Assembly: GCA_965220745.1 (NCBI GenBank)
Contig: CBDCQT010000007.1
Location: 256,001-320,000, forward strand
Origin: Alphaproteobacteria bacterium
Lineage (GTDB): Bacteria > Pseudomonadota > Alphaproteobacteria > UBA828
Reading direction: 5' to 3'
Length of the DNA: 64,000 bases
The number at the start of each line of letters is the position of its first letter. Positions within the stretch are counted from its first letter, which is position 1. The position numbers and the translations under genes are program-made. Shown piece after piece: positions 19,948 to 30,573 of this stretch. The notes below the pieces were generated by a model. The model saw only the letters and a program-made list of their open reading frames with translations, was not told the origin of the DNA and did no database searches.

Positions 19948-20593
19948 AACTAAGCTCGCTCCCTGGTTTGGGGCCCGCCGCTTCAGGGCGCGGATCGCCG
20001 GCCGTATCGTCCGTCAGCACGGCTTCCGTTACGCCCTCTCCGCGCGCGAAGAACGTGTAGGACAAGGTGATCGTGGTCACGTCGTCGAGCCTGCGATCCT
20101 CAACGATGTCCGGGTCCACGAAGAAGGACACCGGAAAGTCGGCGCGCTCGCCCGGCGCCAGCGTCTGCTCCTCGAAGCAGAAGCACTCGATCTTGTTGAA
20201 GTAGGCACCGGCCTTCACCGGTGTCACGTTGAAGGTCGAGGTGCCGATGAGCGACCGGTCCGACTGGTTCACGGCGTTGTAGAACGCCATGGCCATCTCG
20301 CCGACGCGCACCTTGATCTCGCGCTGCTCTGGCTTGAAGTGCCACGGCAGGTCGCGCGCGGTATCGGCGTTGAAGCGGACGGTGACCACCCGCTCGCCGA
20401 TCGTAACGGGCGCTTCCTCGGCCACCTGGGTGGTGCCGCCGAAGCCCGTGACCTGGCAGAAGAGCTTGTAGAGCGGTACCGCGCCGAAGGCGAGGCCCAC
20501 CATGCCGCACACGACGCCGCCCAGGATGAGCGCGGTCGCGGTGCGGCGCCGGCTCGCGCGCTTGCCGGGGGCGTCGGGCATATCGGTTGCCAT
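19937..20593 (-). CDS. ctaG: Cox11/CtaG copper assembly protein
   Basis: VPLYKLFCQVTG, YFNKIECFCF, ITLSYTFF. Confidence 0.95.
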   Translation of the reverse strand: MATDMPDAPGKRASRRRTATALILGGVVCGMVGLAFGAVPLYKLFCQVTGFGGTTQVAEEAPVTIGERVVTVRFNADTARDLPWHFKPEQREIKVRVGEMAMAFYNAVNQSDRSLIGTSTFNVTPVKAGAYFNKIECFCFEEQTLAPGERADFPVSFFVDPDIVEDRRLDDVTTITLSYTFFARGEGVTEAVLTDDTAGDPRPEAAGPKPGSELSYGG

Positions 20594-20594
20594 C

Positions 20595-20729
20595 CTACTC
20601 GCCCCCCATCCTGACGATGGTAATGAGGTAGAACAGGATCGCGAGCGCGAGCAGCGCGCCGCCGAGCGCGAAGTTGCGAATCTTGCGCCGGCGCTCGCTG
20701 TCCCGGTCTTTCACGACGCCATCCTTCAT
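20595..20729 (-). CDS. Small single-TM protein between ctaB and ctaG (CoxF-like), 44 aa
   Basis: MKDGVVKDRDSERRRKIRNFALGGALLALAILFYLITIVRMGGE; ATGA overlap with ctaB; usual position in alphaproteobacterial cox operons. Confidence 0.75.
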   Translation of the reverse strand: MKDGVVKDRDSERRRKIRNFALGGALLALAILFYLITIVRMGGE

Positions 20730-21643
20730 GGCACGACCGGAACCGGCCACGCGTGGTCCGCGAGCAGCAGCGCGAAGAGCGCGAAGAGATAGATGATCGA
20801 CGTGCCGAAGAGCCGCTTCGCAGCGGCCGGGCTGTGATCCACGAGGACGCGGAAGGCGCCGGCCGCAAGCAGGACACCCGCCACCAGCGCGCCGATGGCG
20901 TAGACCGCACCCGCCGCCCCGGTCACGCAGGGCGCCAGGCTCACGGGCACGAGGAGTAGCGTGTAGGCCACGATCTGGCGGCGCGTGCTGCGATCGCCCG
21001 AAACCACCGGCAGCATCGGCACGTCGGCGGCCTCGTAGTCCGACGAGCGGACCAGCGCGAGCGCCCAGAAATGCGGCGGGGTCCAGAGGAAGATGATGCC
21101 GAACAGCGCGACGGCCGTGAGGTCGATGCCGCCGGTCACCGCCGCCCAGCCGATCATCGGCGGGAAGGCGCCAGCGGCACCGCCGATCACGATGTTCTGC
21201 GGTGTGCGCCGCTTCAGCCACATCGTGTAGATGCAGACGTAGAAGAAGATCGTGAACGCGAGCAGGCCAGCCGCGACCCAATTGACCGCGAGCCCCATCA
21301 GCGCGGTCGCGCCTACAGAGAGCACGATGCCGAGGCCAAGTGCGGCACCCGGCTCGACCCGCCCGGCCGGCACCGGCCGAGTGCGCGTGCGTATCATCAC
21401 GGCGTCGATGTCGCGGTCGTACCACATGTTGATAGCGGCAGAGCCGCCGGCGCCGATAGCGATACAGAGCACCGCCACCGCCGCGATCACCGGATGAATG
21501 GTGCCGGGCGCGATGATGAGCCCGACCGCGCCGGTGAAGACCACGAGGGACATCACCCTGGGCTTCAGCAGCGCAAACGTATCGCCGAGCGCGACCGGCG
21601 CCGCGCTTTCCGCGACCGCTACTCTCGCCGCCGGCTCGCTCAT
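20726..21643 (-). CDS. ctaB: Heme o synthase (protoheme IX farnesyltransferase)
   Basis: LLKPRVMSL, DRDIDAVM.RT..RP, LKRRTPQNIVIGG, WTPPHFWAL. Confidence 0.96.
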   Translation of the reverse strand: MSEPAARVAVAESAAPVALGDTFALLKPRVMSLVVFTGAVGLIIAPGTIHPVIAAVAVLCIAIGAGGSAAINMWYDRDIDAVMIRTRTRPVPAGRVEPGAALGLGIVLSVGATALMGLAVNWVAAGLLAFTIFFYVCIYTMWLKRRTPQNIVIGGAAGAFPPMIGWAAVTGGIDLTAVALFGIIFLWTPPHFWALALVRSSDYEAADVPMLPVVSGDRSTRRQIVAYTLLLVPVSLAPCVTGAAGAVYAIGALVAGVLLAAGAFRVLVDHSPAAAKRLFGTSIIYLFALFALLLADHAWPVPVVP

Positions 21644-21664
21644 CGTACTAGATCCCGCTCCGGC

Positions 21665-23263
21665 CTAGCGGACGCGGGGCAGCTCCTCATGGGTATGGAA
21701 GGGCGCCGGCGAAGGCACCGTCCATTCGAGGGTGCGCGCGCCCTCGCCCCACGGGTTGGCGGCGCACTTCTTACCCCAGAAGAGCGTGTAGATGAGGATG
21801 TAGATGAACAGGATCAACCCGGCGGTCGAGATGTAGGCGCCGATCGAGGAGATCAGGTTCCAGCCGGCGTAGGCGTCCGGATAGTCGGGGATGCGGCGCG
21901 GCATGCCCGAGACGCCGGAGAAGTGCATCGGGAAGAAGGTGAGGTTCACGCCGATGAAAGTGATCCAGAAGTGGATCTTGCCCAGCGTCTCCGGATACTG
22001 GCGGCCGCACATCTTGCCGATCCAGTAGTAGAACGCGCCGAAGGCCATGAACACGGCGCCGAGCGAGAGCACGTAGTGGAAGTGCCCGACCACGTAGTAG
22101 GTGTCGTGCAGCGCGCTATCGAGGCCGGCATTGGCGAGCACGACTCCGGTCACCCCGCCAACCGTGAACAGGAAGATGAAGCCGAAGGCCCACAGCATGG
22201 GCGTCTTGAACTCGATCGAGCCACCCCACATGGTGGCGATCCAGCTGAAGATCTTGATGCCCGTAGGCACCGCGATGACCATCGTCGCGCCGATGAAATA
22301 GGCCCGCGTGTCGACGTCCATACCCACCGTGAACATGTGGTGCGCCCACACGACGAAGCCGATGAAGCCGATGGCGACCATGGCGTAGGCCATGCCGAGG
22401 TAGCCGAAGACCGGCTTGTTGGAGAAGGTGGAGACGATGTGGCTCACGATGCCGAAGGCCGGCAGGATCAGGATGTAGACCTCCGGGTGCCCGAAGAACC
22501 AGAAGAGATGCTGGTAGAGGATCGGGTCGCCGCCGCCGGCCGCGTCGAAGAAGGCAGTGCCGAAGTTGCGGTCCGTCAGCAGCATCGTGATGGCGCCCGC
22601 CAGCACCGGCAGCGAGAGCAGCAGCAGGAAGGCGGTCACCAGCACCGACCAGACGAAGAGCGGCAGCTTGTGCATCGTCATGCCCGGCGCGCGCATGTTG
22701 AGAATGGTGGTGATGAAATTGATGGCGCCGAGGATCGACGACGCGCCCGCGAGATGCAGCGCGAAGATGCCGAGGTCCATGGCCGGGCCCGCGTGGCCCG
22801 AGGTCGATAACGGCGCGTAGACCGTCCAGCCCGCTCCAACGCCCGGTCCAGGTCCCCCGTCCACGAACATCGAAGTCACAAGGAGGGCGCCGGACGGCAC
22901 CAGCAGCCAGAAGCTGATGTTGTTCATGCGCGGGAACGCCATGTCCGGCGCCCCGATCATCAACGGCACGAACCAGTTGCCGAAGCCGCCGATGAAGGCC
23001 GGCATGATCATGAAGAACACCATGATCAGCCCGTGGCCGGTCACGAAGACGTTGAAGGTGTGAGAATCGGCAAAGATCTGCATGCCCGGCTCGGCCAGCT
23101 CCATCCGCATGAAGATGGAGAGCACCGCGCCCACGATGCCGAACACCACCGCAAAGGCGATGTACATCGTGCCGATGTCTTTGTGGTTGGTGGAGTAGAG
23201 CCACCGCGTGATGCCCCGCGGCATGTGATCGTGCGCTGCGTGGGCGTGGGCGTGGTCCGCCAT
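21665..23263 (-). CDS. ctaD: Cytochrome c oxidase subunit I (A1 type)
   Basis: [28 protein letters not shown]. Confidence 0.98.
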   Translation of the reverse strand: MADHAHAHAAHDHMPRGITRWLYSTNHKDIGTMYIAFAVVFGIVGAVLSIFMRMELAEPGMQIFADSHTFNVFVTGHGLIMVFFMIMPAFIGGFGNWFVPLMIGAPDMAFPRMNNISFWLLVPSGALLVTSMFVDGGPGPGVGAGWTVYAPLSTSGHAGPAMDLGIFALHLAGASSILGAINFITTILNMRAPGMTMHKLPLFVWSVLVTAFLLLLSLPVLAGAITMLLTDRNFGTAFFDAAGGGDPILYQHLFWFFGHPEVYILILPAFGIVSHIVSTFSNKPVFGYLGMAYAMVAIGFIGFVVWAHHMFTVGMDVDTRAYFIGATMVIAVPTGIKIFSWIATMWGGSIEFKTPMLWAFGFIFLFTVGGVTGVVLANAGLDSALHDTYYVVGHFHYVLSLGAVFMAFGAFYYWIGKMCGRQYPETLGKIHFWITFIGVNLTFFPMHFSGVSGMPRRIPDYPDAYAGWNLISSIGAYISTAGLILFIYILIYTLFWGKKCAANPWGEGARTLEWTVPSPAPFHTHEELPRVR

Positions 23264-23278
23264 GGCCTCTCTCCTTCC

Positions 23279-24130
23279 TCAGCGCGCCTTGGGCGCGCTG
23301 GCGTCGAGCGCGGCAACCTCGGTCGGGCTGTCGTTCGCCGATGCGTATTCTTCTCGCGCGAATTCCACCCAGGCGTCGAACTCCTCCTGCGACACTGCTT
23401 CGATCATGATCGGCATGAAGCCGTGCAGCGTGCCGCAGAGTTCCGAGCATTGCCCGTAATAGGTGCCCTCGCGGTTGATCTGGAACCAGGTCTCGTTGAC
23501 CCGGCCGGGCACGGAATCCATTTTGACGCCGAACGCCGGGATGGCCCAGGAGTGGATCACGTCGTCGGCCGTGGTCAGCAGCCTGATCTTGGCGCCCACC
23601 GGCAGCACCACCGCCTCGTCGGTCGCGAGCAGGCGAGGCTGCCCCTCCTCCAGCTCATCCTCCTCCAGCATGATCGCGTCGAAGGTGAAGTCGCCATGGT
23701 CGGGATATTCGTAGGACCAGTACCACTGGTGGCCGATCGCCTTCAGCGTCATGTCGGCTTCTGCGACCTTGTCGGTGAAGTAGAGCAGCCGGAACGAGGG
23801 CACAGCGATCACCAGCAGGATGATGACCGGCACCACGGTCCAGATCACCTCCAGCATGGTGTTGTGGGTGGTCTTTGACGGCACCGGGTTCCGTTTCTTG
23901 TTGTAGCGGATCACGATCCAGGCCATCAGGCCGAACACGAAGGCCGTGATGATGACGATGATGATCGTCACCATGAGGTTGAAATCGACGATGCGCTCCA
24001 TGGAGGGCGAGAGGGCGGTCTGAAAGTCGACCTCCCAATCGGTCGGCTGCTGCGCCACTGCCGCTCCGGCGGCGCCAAGCGCGCCGGCGAGACCGGCGAC
24101 CGATGCGCCCAGTTTCGCGAGATGCCTCAC
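23279..24130 (-). CDS. ctaC: Cytochrome c oxidase subunit II
   Basis: HQWYWSYEY, DVIHSW, CuA motif CSELCGTLHGFM. Confidence 0.97.
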   Translation of the reverse strand: MRHLAKLGASVAGLAGALGAAGAAVAQQPTDWEVDFQTALSPSMERIVDFNLMVTIIIVIITAFVFGLMAWIVIRYNKKRNPVPSKTTHNTMLEVIWTVVPVIILLVIAVPSFRLLYFTDKVAEADMTLKAIGHQWYWSYEYPDHGDFTFDAIMLEEDELEEGQPRLLATDEAVVLPVGAKIRLLTTADDVIHSWAIPAFGVKMDSVPGRVNETWFQINREGTYYGQCSELCGTLHGFMPIMIEAVSQEEFDAWVEFAREEYASANDSPTEVAALDASAPKAR

Positions 24131-24443
24131 TACTCAACCTCCACTCGATCGTCGGATTTCGCCTGATCGCCCGCCTTCTCCGGTGCCGTGGCTTGGCACC
24201 GAAGGCGCGAACGCAAGGCGGCCCGGACCCCCTCACGCGAAACGGCGCGGCGCGGCCATCGGCGCGCCGCCGCCATTACACGAGCCGCCTGCGTCCTACC
24301 ATGCACCCCACCGTTTTTGAAGCCCCTCATTGACGGCGAGCGGCGCTCTCGCCGATCCTTGGGGCGTTCGGGATGGACGCCACGCCCCGGCGGCCCCATA
24401 TGTTCTCTGCGCACTGGCGCGGGACAAGCGAAGGACGAGCGAC

Positions 24444-25877
24444 ATGAGCCGCGAAACCGTCACCGACGAGATCTTCTTCAATCGCGCCGGCCTCGACCGG
24501 CCGCGCACGGAGGGGATCGTCGCGGACGCACTCAAGGGCGCCGATGACGGCGAGCTTTTCCTCGAATATTGCCAGAGCGAGAGCTTCGCCTTCGACGACG
24601 GCCGGCTCAAGAGCGCGAGCTTCGACACAAGCCAAGGCTTCGGGCTGCGCGCCGTCGCCGGCGAGACCACCGCTTACGCCCACGCCGGCGAGCTCGGCGA
24701 GGACGCGCTGAAACGGGCGGCAGCCACGGTCAAGGCGGTGCGGCACGGCCACGGGGGGACCATGGCGCAGGCCCCGTCGCAGACCAACCGCTCCCTCTAC
24801 GTGGACGACAACCCGCTGGACGGCACGCCCTTCGACGACAAGGTCGCGCTGCTGGCGGAGATCGACGCGTACGCGCGCGCGAAGGAGCCGAGAGTGCGCC
24901 AGGTGATGGCGTCGCTGCTCGGCTCCTGGCAGGCGGTGGAGATCGTCCGTGCAGACGGTAGCCGTGCCTGCGACGTGCGCCCGCTGGTGCGCCTCAACGT
25001 CGCCGTCATGGTTGGCGAGGGGGAGCGGCAGGAGACCGGCTCCCATGGCGTCGGCGGGAGAGTGGTCTACGACGAGTTCCTCGCGCCCGAGCGCTGGCAG
25101 GCGCAGGTGGACGAAGCGCTCCGCCAAGCCCTGGTCAATCTCGAGTCCGTCGCGACGCCTGCCGGCGAGATGCCCGTAGTGCTCGGCCCCGGCTGGCCCG
25201 GCATCCTGCTGCACGAGGCCATCGGCCACGGCCTCGAAGGCGACTTCAACCGCAAGAAGACCAGCGCGTTCTCCGGCCTGCTCGGCGAGCGGGTCGCCTC
25301 ACCGGGTGTGACCGTGGTGGACGACGGCACCATCGACGACCGGCGTGGCTCGCTCACCGTGGACGACGAGGGCACGCCCACCGGCCGCACCGTGCTGATC
25401 GAGGACGGCATCCTGCGCGGCTACCTGCAGGACCGCATGAACGCCCGCCTGATGGACATGGAGCCCACCGGCAACGGCCGGCGCGAGAGCTATGCGCATG
25501 CGCCCATGCCGCGCATGACCAACACCTTCATGCTGGACGGCGCCGACGAGCCGGAAGAGATCATCGGCCGGGTGAAGAAGGGCATCTACGCCAAGAACTT
25601 CAGCGGCGGCCAGGTGGACATCACCTCGGGCAAGTTCGTGTTCTCGGCTGCCGAGGCCTACCTGATCGAGGACGGCAAGACGACCGCGCCGCTCAAAGGC
25701 GCGAGCCTGATCGGCAACGGCCCCGACGTACTGACGAGGGTCGCTGCCATCGGTAACGATTTCGCGCTCGACACCGGCATCGGCACCTGCGGCAAGAACG
25801 GCCAGGGCGTTCCGGTCGGTGTCGGCCTGCCCACGCTGCTGGTCGACCCCATCACCGTGGGCGGCACCGACGCTTAG
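24444..25877 (+). CDS. tldD: Metalloprotease TldD
   Basis: LHEAIGHGLEGDFNRK, PMPRMTNT, GTCGKNGQ; divergent from coxB. Confidence 0.95.
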   Translation: MSRETVTDEIFFNRAGLDRPRTEGIVADALKGADDGELFLEYCQSESFAFDDGRLKSASFDTSQGFGLRAVAGETTAYAHAGELGEDALKRAAATVKAVRHGHGGTMAQAPSQTNRSLYVDDNPLDGTPFDDKVALLAEIDAYARAKEPRVRQVMASLLGSWQAVEIVRADGSRACDVRPLVRLNVAVMVGEGERQETGSHGVGGRVVYDEFLAPERWQAQVDEALRQALVNLESVATPAGEMPVVLGPGWPGILLHEAIGHGLEGDFNRKKTSAFSGLLGERVASPGVTVVDDGTIDDRRGSLTVDDEGTPTGRTVLIEDGILRGYLQDRMNARLMDMEPTGNGRRESYAHAPMPRMTNTFMLDGADEPEEIIGRVKKGIYAKNFSGGQVDITSGKFVFSAAEAYLIEDGKTTAPLKGASLIGNGPDVLTRVAAIGNDFALDTGIGTCGKNGQGVPVGVGLPTLLVDPITVGGTDA

Positions 25878-26051
25878 AGCGTTTCCGTCTTGCACGGAAA
25901 CGCTCTCTCACCTTATCGCTCACGGCAGCCGGCCGTCTCGCGAGTCCGCGCGCCTATGGGCGCGACGGCCGGCGCCTGCGCGGGCGCGCCGCAGCAGCGG
26001 CGGGCCGCAGCTGCGGCCTTTCGCGCGTCCGTCAAAGTCGGACGCGCTCTA
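25875..26051. repeat. Structured intergenic element with TAGAGCG...CGCTCTA inverted ends (family B; BRU-RS/CIR-like)
   Basis: The terminal inverted repeats contain the stop codons of tldD and xseA. Hairpins AGAGCGTTTCCGT/ACGGAAACGCTCT and GCGCGTCCG..CGGACGCGC; related copy at 56296-56446. Confidence 0.75.
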
Positions 26052-27530
26052 AAGCAGCGATCCCTGCCCGTCGTCGTCCTCGTCCCGCGTGGTCTTGCGG
26101 GGCTTGGGCTTGCCGGCGGCGCGTGCGGCGGCACGGCCATCTTGGAATTCGAGGGATAGCGCGGCGCCAGACTTCACCTCCTGAGCGCTGATGAGCGGAC
26201 GCTCGCGCTCATCGCGCACCACCGCGTAGCCGCGCGCGAGCACGCCCCGGTAGGAATAGCTCTCCAGCAGGCGTGCCGCGGTCTCGACCCGCCCGGCCCG
26301 CTCGCTCAAGGCCGCCCGCCCGGCATGGCGCAGCCGCCCGGCCAATTGATCCGTACCCCGGCGTTCCCATTCGATGCGGGCGGCGGGGTGCCCGGCCGCG
26401 AGGCGCCCGGCGGCGTGCGTGAGCTGCTGACGCTTGAGCGTGAGGAGTTGGCGCGGCTTGAGCGGCCTGAGCCGGTCCACGGCCTGGTGCTCCGCCGTGA
26501 GCCGGCCCCGCGCCCCGCGGGCGAGCCGCTCCGACCAGTCGTCGAGCCGCTGGCCCGCGATCGTGAGCCGGTCCCGCGCCGCCGGCAGGCCGCGCCCGAG
26601 CCCGTCGATCCGCGCGCGCCGCTCTGCGATCTGCCGGCGGAGCGATGCGCCCAGCCGATGCTCCAGAGACTGCGTGCGCTCCAGCAGGTCGGCGCGCACC
26701 GGCACCGCCATCTCGGCGGCGGCAGTCGGCGTCGGCGCCCGGCGGTCGGCGGCGAGGTCGATCAGTGTCACGTCGGTCTCGTGACCCACGGCGGCGATTA
26801 GGGGGATTTCACTCGCGGCCGCAGCACGCACCACGACTTCTTCGTTGAAGGCCCAGAGGTCCTCCAGGCTGCCGCCGCCGCGGGCGACGATCAACACGTC
26901 GGGCCGTGGCACCGCCCCGCCTGCGTCGAGGCGGCTGAAGCCCTCGATGGCGGCGGCGATCTCCTCTGCCGCGCCGGCACCCTGCACCGTAACCGGCCAG
27001 ATCAGCACCCGGCGGGGGAAGCGGTCTTCGATACGGTGCAGGATGTCGCGAATCACGGCGCCCGTGGGCGAGGTCACGACTCCTACCGTCTCCGGCAGGT
27101 ACGGCAGGTCGCGCTTGCGCGCCTCGTCGAACAGGCCCTCGGCGGCGAGTTCCTTCTTGCGCGCCTCAAGCAGCGCGAGCAGCGCGCCGGCGCCGGAAAG
27201 CTCCAGCCGCTCCACCACGATCTGGTAGCGCGAGCGCCCCGGATAGGTGCTGATCTTGCCGGTGGCGACGACCTCGAGCCCGTCTTCCGGCGCGATCCCG
27301 AGCCTGCCGGCGACGCCGCGCCAGCAGACGGCGTCGAGCACCGCGTCCGCGTCCTTGAGCGCGAAGTAGAGATGGCCTGACGCGGCGCGCTTGAAGCCCG
27401 AGACCTCGCCCCGCACGCTGACCCAGGCGAACTCGCCCTCGACCACGCGCTTGAGCGCCTGCGAGAGCTCGCCGACCGTGAGGACCGGCCGGTTGCTGCC
27501 GTTAGCGAGGGTGGTGTCCGCCTCCGTCAT
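26049..27530 (-). CDS. xseA: Exodeoxyribonuclease VII large subunit
   Basis: SGHLYFALKD, VVTSPTGAVIRDI, ARGGGSLEDLWAFN, GHETD, APTPTAAAE. Confidence 0.95.
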   Translation of the reverse strand: MTEADTTLANGSNRPVLTVGELSQALKRVVEGEFAWVSVRGEVSGFKRAASGHLYFALKDADAVLDAVCWRGVAGRLGIAPEDGLEVVATGKISTYPGRSRYQIVVERLELSGAGALLALLEARKKELAAEGLFDEARKRDLPYLPETVGVVTSPTGAVIRDILHRIEDRFPRRVLIWPVTVQGAGAAEEIAAAIEGFSRLDAGGAVPRPDVLIVARGGGSLEDLWAFNEEVVVRAAAASEIPLIAAVGHETDVTLIDLAADRRAPTPTAAAEMAVPVRADLLERTQSLEHRLGASLRRQIAERRARIDGLGRGLPAARDRLTIAGQRLDDWSERLARGARGRLTAEHQAVDRLRPLKPRQLLTLKRQQLTHAAGRLAAGHPAARIEWERRGTDQLAGRLRHAGRAALSERAGRVETAARLLESYSYRGVLARGYAVVRDERERPLISAQEVKSGAALSLEFQDGRAAARAAGKPKPRKTTRDEDDDGQGSLL

Positions 27531-27552
27531 CGCCTGCCGGCGTGCGCCGCCC

Positions 27553-28368
27553 TCAAGGAGCAAAGAAGGCGAGGGTGCGGGATTCGATGCTCTGGCGCGG
27601 GCGCGCGCCCGCCGGCGCGTTGGGATCGGCGAAGGCCGTGTGCGCGGTGAACCGCGCCCGGCCGTCGGCAAGCGAATCGTAGGTCTTGAAGATCAGCGCT
27701 TCGTCCGGGCCCATGTCAGAAAAGTAGAACCAGCGATGGCCGGGATCGTGGCTGAGCTGCATCACCTCGCCGATGCGGTGGGTGTAGACCAGATCGGTCA
27801 GCACGAAGTCCCCCTCGTCGATGCTCTGGGCATCGCAGATCGCGAGCGGCATGTCCTGCACCGGGCCCGCGATCGGCCGCCACATCTGCACCACGGCGAA
27901 GCGGTGCTGCAACAAGGCTTCGGCGCGGTCTGCCGGCAGCAGGTCGCGCACCCGCTGCGGTGCCGAGCGGGGGGTGTAGTCGTTGTGCGCCACGTGCACC
28001 GGCTCGCGCACCTTCCGCTCGCTCCGCAGCGTGTCGTCGGCGACGCGGATGGTGTGGTCGAAGACCAGCACCTCGGCGGCGCCGCTCGCCTGCTTTACCA
28101 GGCGCTCGACCTCCGGGCTGTAGACCGCTTCGATCTCGTCGCTGTCGTAGAAGTCCGAGACCGCGCTGCCCTCGGTGTTGAAGGTGAAGCCCTCGCGCTC
28201 CAGATCGAGGGCATCCGCCGTCGGCCGGGCGTCGCGGATCGTGACCTCGACCTCCCGGTACTCGGCGTTGCGCTGCGCCGGCTTGCTGCCCGGATTGGTG
28301 AGGTAAGTGACCGGCTTCTCGTCCGTGGGAAGGATGTAGTTGATCGAGGCGTGGACGGCTCCAGACAT
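27553..28368 (-). CDS. CmcJ/NvfI-family putative Fe/2OG-type oxidoreductase
   Basis: IRDAR, VFDHTIR, AHNDYT, PLAICDA, FTAHTAF, RQSIESR. Confidence 0.75.
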   Translation of the reverse strand: MSGAVHASINYILPTDEKPVTYLTNPGSKPAQRNAEYREVEVTIRDARPTADALDLEREGFTFNTEGSAVSDFYDSDEIEAVYSPEVERLVKQASGAAEVLVFDHTIRVADDTLRSERKVREPVHVAHNDYTPRSAPQRVRDLLPADRAEALLQHRFAVVQMWRPIAGPVQDMPLAICDAQSIDEGDFVLTDLVYTHRIGEVMQLSHDPGHRWFYFSDMGPDEALIFKTYDSLADGRARFTAHTAFADPNAPAGARPRQSIESRTLAFFAP

Positions 28369-28472
28369 GGCGATGCTCTCTCAGGCTGAGACGTGCTGCG
28401 GGGCTGGTGACAATTTAGACGGAAGTGCGCCGCCGGCAACACCGGTGTGGTTCAGTTGCGTTGCTCTTCGCT

Positions 28473-30494
28473 TCAGACGGCGGCGATCTCGACCTCGACG
28501 CCGTGCACGCAGGTGCTCTCGCCCATGTCCGACTTGATGCCGGGGTTGAGCACGTTGACGTTGGCTCTGGTGCCCTCCTGGCGCGGCCAGCGGCCCTTGG
28601 GGCTGAGCGCGACGCCTTGCGGGATCATCTCGGCGATGGCGAGATCGAGTTCCAGGCTGCCGGTTTCGTTGCTGAGCCGCACCCGCTGGCCTTCGGCGAG
28701 CCCGAGGGCCTGGGCGTCCGCCGGATGCAGCGTCACCGTCGCCTCGCCCATGCGCTCGGCGATGCGCCCGTCGTTGGCGTAGGAATCGTTCATCAGCCAG
28801 GGCGAGGCCGGCGTCAGCAGACGCAGCCGGCCGCTCTCCGGCTTCGGGTCGGCGTCGGCGAGCGGCAGACGGGGATGGCCGTCCGCCTCGGCGCGGTCCG
28901 AAGCGATCTCGATCTTGCCGCTCGGCGTCGGGAAGGCGAGGTCCGGGAACTGGATGATCGGCTGGGTGGTCGGAAACACGGTGCCGGTCTTCTTGAAGTC
29001 GTCGAAGGAGCCCTCGACACCCACCTGGCCCATGATCCGCGCGATGATCGTCGCATCGTCTTCGTAAAGTTCGGGGTCGGCGTAGCCCATGGCGCGGGAG
29101 AGGCGCCGAAATATCTCCTGGTTGGGGAGAGAGTCGCCGAGCGGCTCCTGCAGCTTGGCCTGGGCGGAGAAGGAGAGGTTGAAGTAGCCCGAGACCAGAT
29201 CGTCGAATTCGAGGAACGACGCCGCCGGCAGCACGTAATCGGCATAGTCGGCGGTGTCGGTCTGGAAGATGTCCAGGACCACGGTGAAGAGGTCTTCCCG
29301 CATGAGCGCGCGGCGGAACCGCGCCTGCTCGGGGCTGGAGGCTGCCGGGTTGATGTTCCAGCAGAGGAAGGCCTGGATGTCCGCCGGGTCCTCGAGCCTT
29401 GCGGCAAGCTCCATCTGGCTGAAGCTCGGCGGGCTCTGGCTCAGCGCGGTGCCCGACAAATAGTCGCCGTCCACGCCCTTCCGCCCGCTGCCGTTGAGAT
29501 AGAGCATGCCCGCGCCGGGCTTGCCGAAGTTGCCGGTGACCGCCGGCAGCAGCGCGCAGGCGCGCATCACGTTGCCGCCCATCGCCTGGCGTTGCAGCCC
29601 CTGGCCGAGCCAGAGCAGCGCGGGCCCTGCACCATAAATCCGCGCCGCCTCCCCGATTTGCGCCGCCGGCACGCCGGTGCGGGCCTCGCCCCAGGCCGGC
29701 GTGCGGGGGGCGATGGCGGGCTCAAGCTCGTCCCAGCCAAGTGTGTGGGCATCGAGGAAGGCGTGGTCGATCAGCCCGTCGCGGACCAGCACGTGAACCA
29801 TGGCGAAGGCCAGCGCCGCGTCGCTGCCAGGGAAGGGCTGGAGGTGCATGTCAGCCTGCTCGGCGGTCGGGTGACGCACCGGGTCGATCACGATCACCGT
29901 GCCCGGCGCCTCCTTCAGCCAGTGCTTGTGCTGATGGGGCGCCGAGGCGGACGGGTTCGCGCCCCAGACGACGATACAGTTGGAGTCCTTTGCGGTGCGT
30001 GGGTCGAAGCCGATCACCGAGGTGCCGATCGCGTAGTCCAGCGCCACGTGACCGGCCATGTTGCACACCGTGTCGGGCTCCACCTCGCGGGCGCCGAGGC
30101 GGCCCAGGAAGCGCATCGGGAAGGTGTTGGCGATCAGCGAGCAGGTTCCGGTGTAGTGCGCGTGCACGATCTTCTCAGCGCCGTCGCCCGCGGCGATCGC
30201 CTTGAAGCGCGCGGCGATATCCGCGATGGCCTCGTCCCACGAGACCGGCTCGAAGCGCCCTTCGCCCTTGGCGCCGGCGCGCCTGAGCGGCGTCCGCAGC
30301 CGCACCTCTAGGTCGCGGAAGACACCGTTGTAGGCCAGCGCGCACTTGCCGCAGAGCGCGCCCCGGCTCACCGGGTGGTCGGGGTCGCCGAGCACGCGGG
30401 TGATCGCTCCGTCGCGCTTGATCGCGACGATGCCGCAGGCGTCGTAGCAATCGCGCGGGCAGGTGGTCTTGAGGACTTCCTTCTCGCCTGGCAT
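28473..30494 (-). CDS. Molybdopterin (Mo-bisPGD) oxidoreductase with N-terminal 4Fe-4S cluster
   Basis: CPRDCYDACG...GALCGK, VWGANP, TDTADYADYVLPA, C-terminal LHPADA; no obvious Tat signal. Confidence 0.88.
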   Translation of the reverse strand: MPGEKEVLKTTCPRDCYDACGIVAIKRDGAITRVLGDPDHPVSRGALCGKCALAYNGVFRDLEVRLRTPLRRAGAKGEGRFEPVSWDEAIADIAARFKAIAAGDGAEKIVHAHYTGTCSLIANTFPMRFLGRLGAREVEPDTVCNMAGHVALDYAIGTSVIGFDPRTAKDSNCIVVWGANPSASAPHQHKHWLKEAPGTVIVIDPVRHPTAEQADMHLQPFPGSDAALAFAMVHVLVRDGLIDHAFLDAHTLGWDELEPAIAPRTPAWGEARTGVPAAQIGEAARIYGAGPALLWLGQGLQRQAMGGNVMRACALLPAVTGNFGKPGAGMLYLNGSGRKGVDGDYLSGTALSQSPPSFSQMELAARLEDPADIQAFLCWNINPAASSPEQARFRRALMREDLFTVVLDIFQTDTADYADYVLPAASFLEFDDLVSGYFNLSFSAQAKLQEPLGDSLPNQEIFRRLSRAMGYADPELYEDDATIIARIMGQVGVEGSFDDFKKTGTVFPTTQPIIQFPDLAFPTPSGKIEIASDRAEADGHPRLPLADADPKPESGRLRLLTPASPWLMNDSYANDGRIAERMGEATVTLHPADAQALGLAEGQRVRLSNETGSLELDLAIAEMIPQGVALSPKGRWPRQEGTRANVNVLNPGIKSDMGESTCVHGVEVEIAAV

Positions 30495-30573
30495 GGCGGC
30501 CTCCGGGATGCGTTCCGAGCCTCAACCTAACCCGGCACACGCGGCCCCGGAAGCCTGTGCCGAGAATTCGGGG

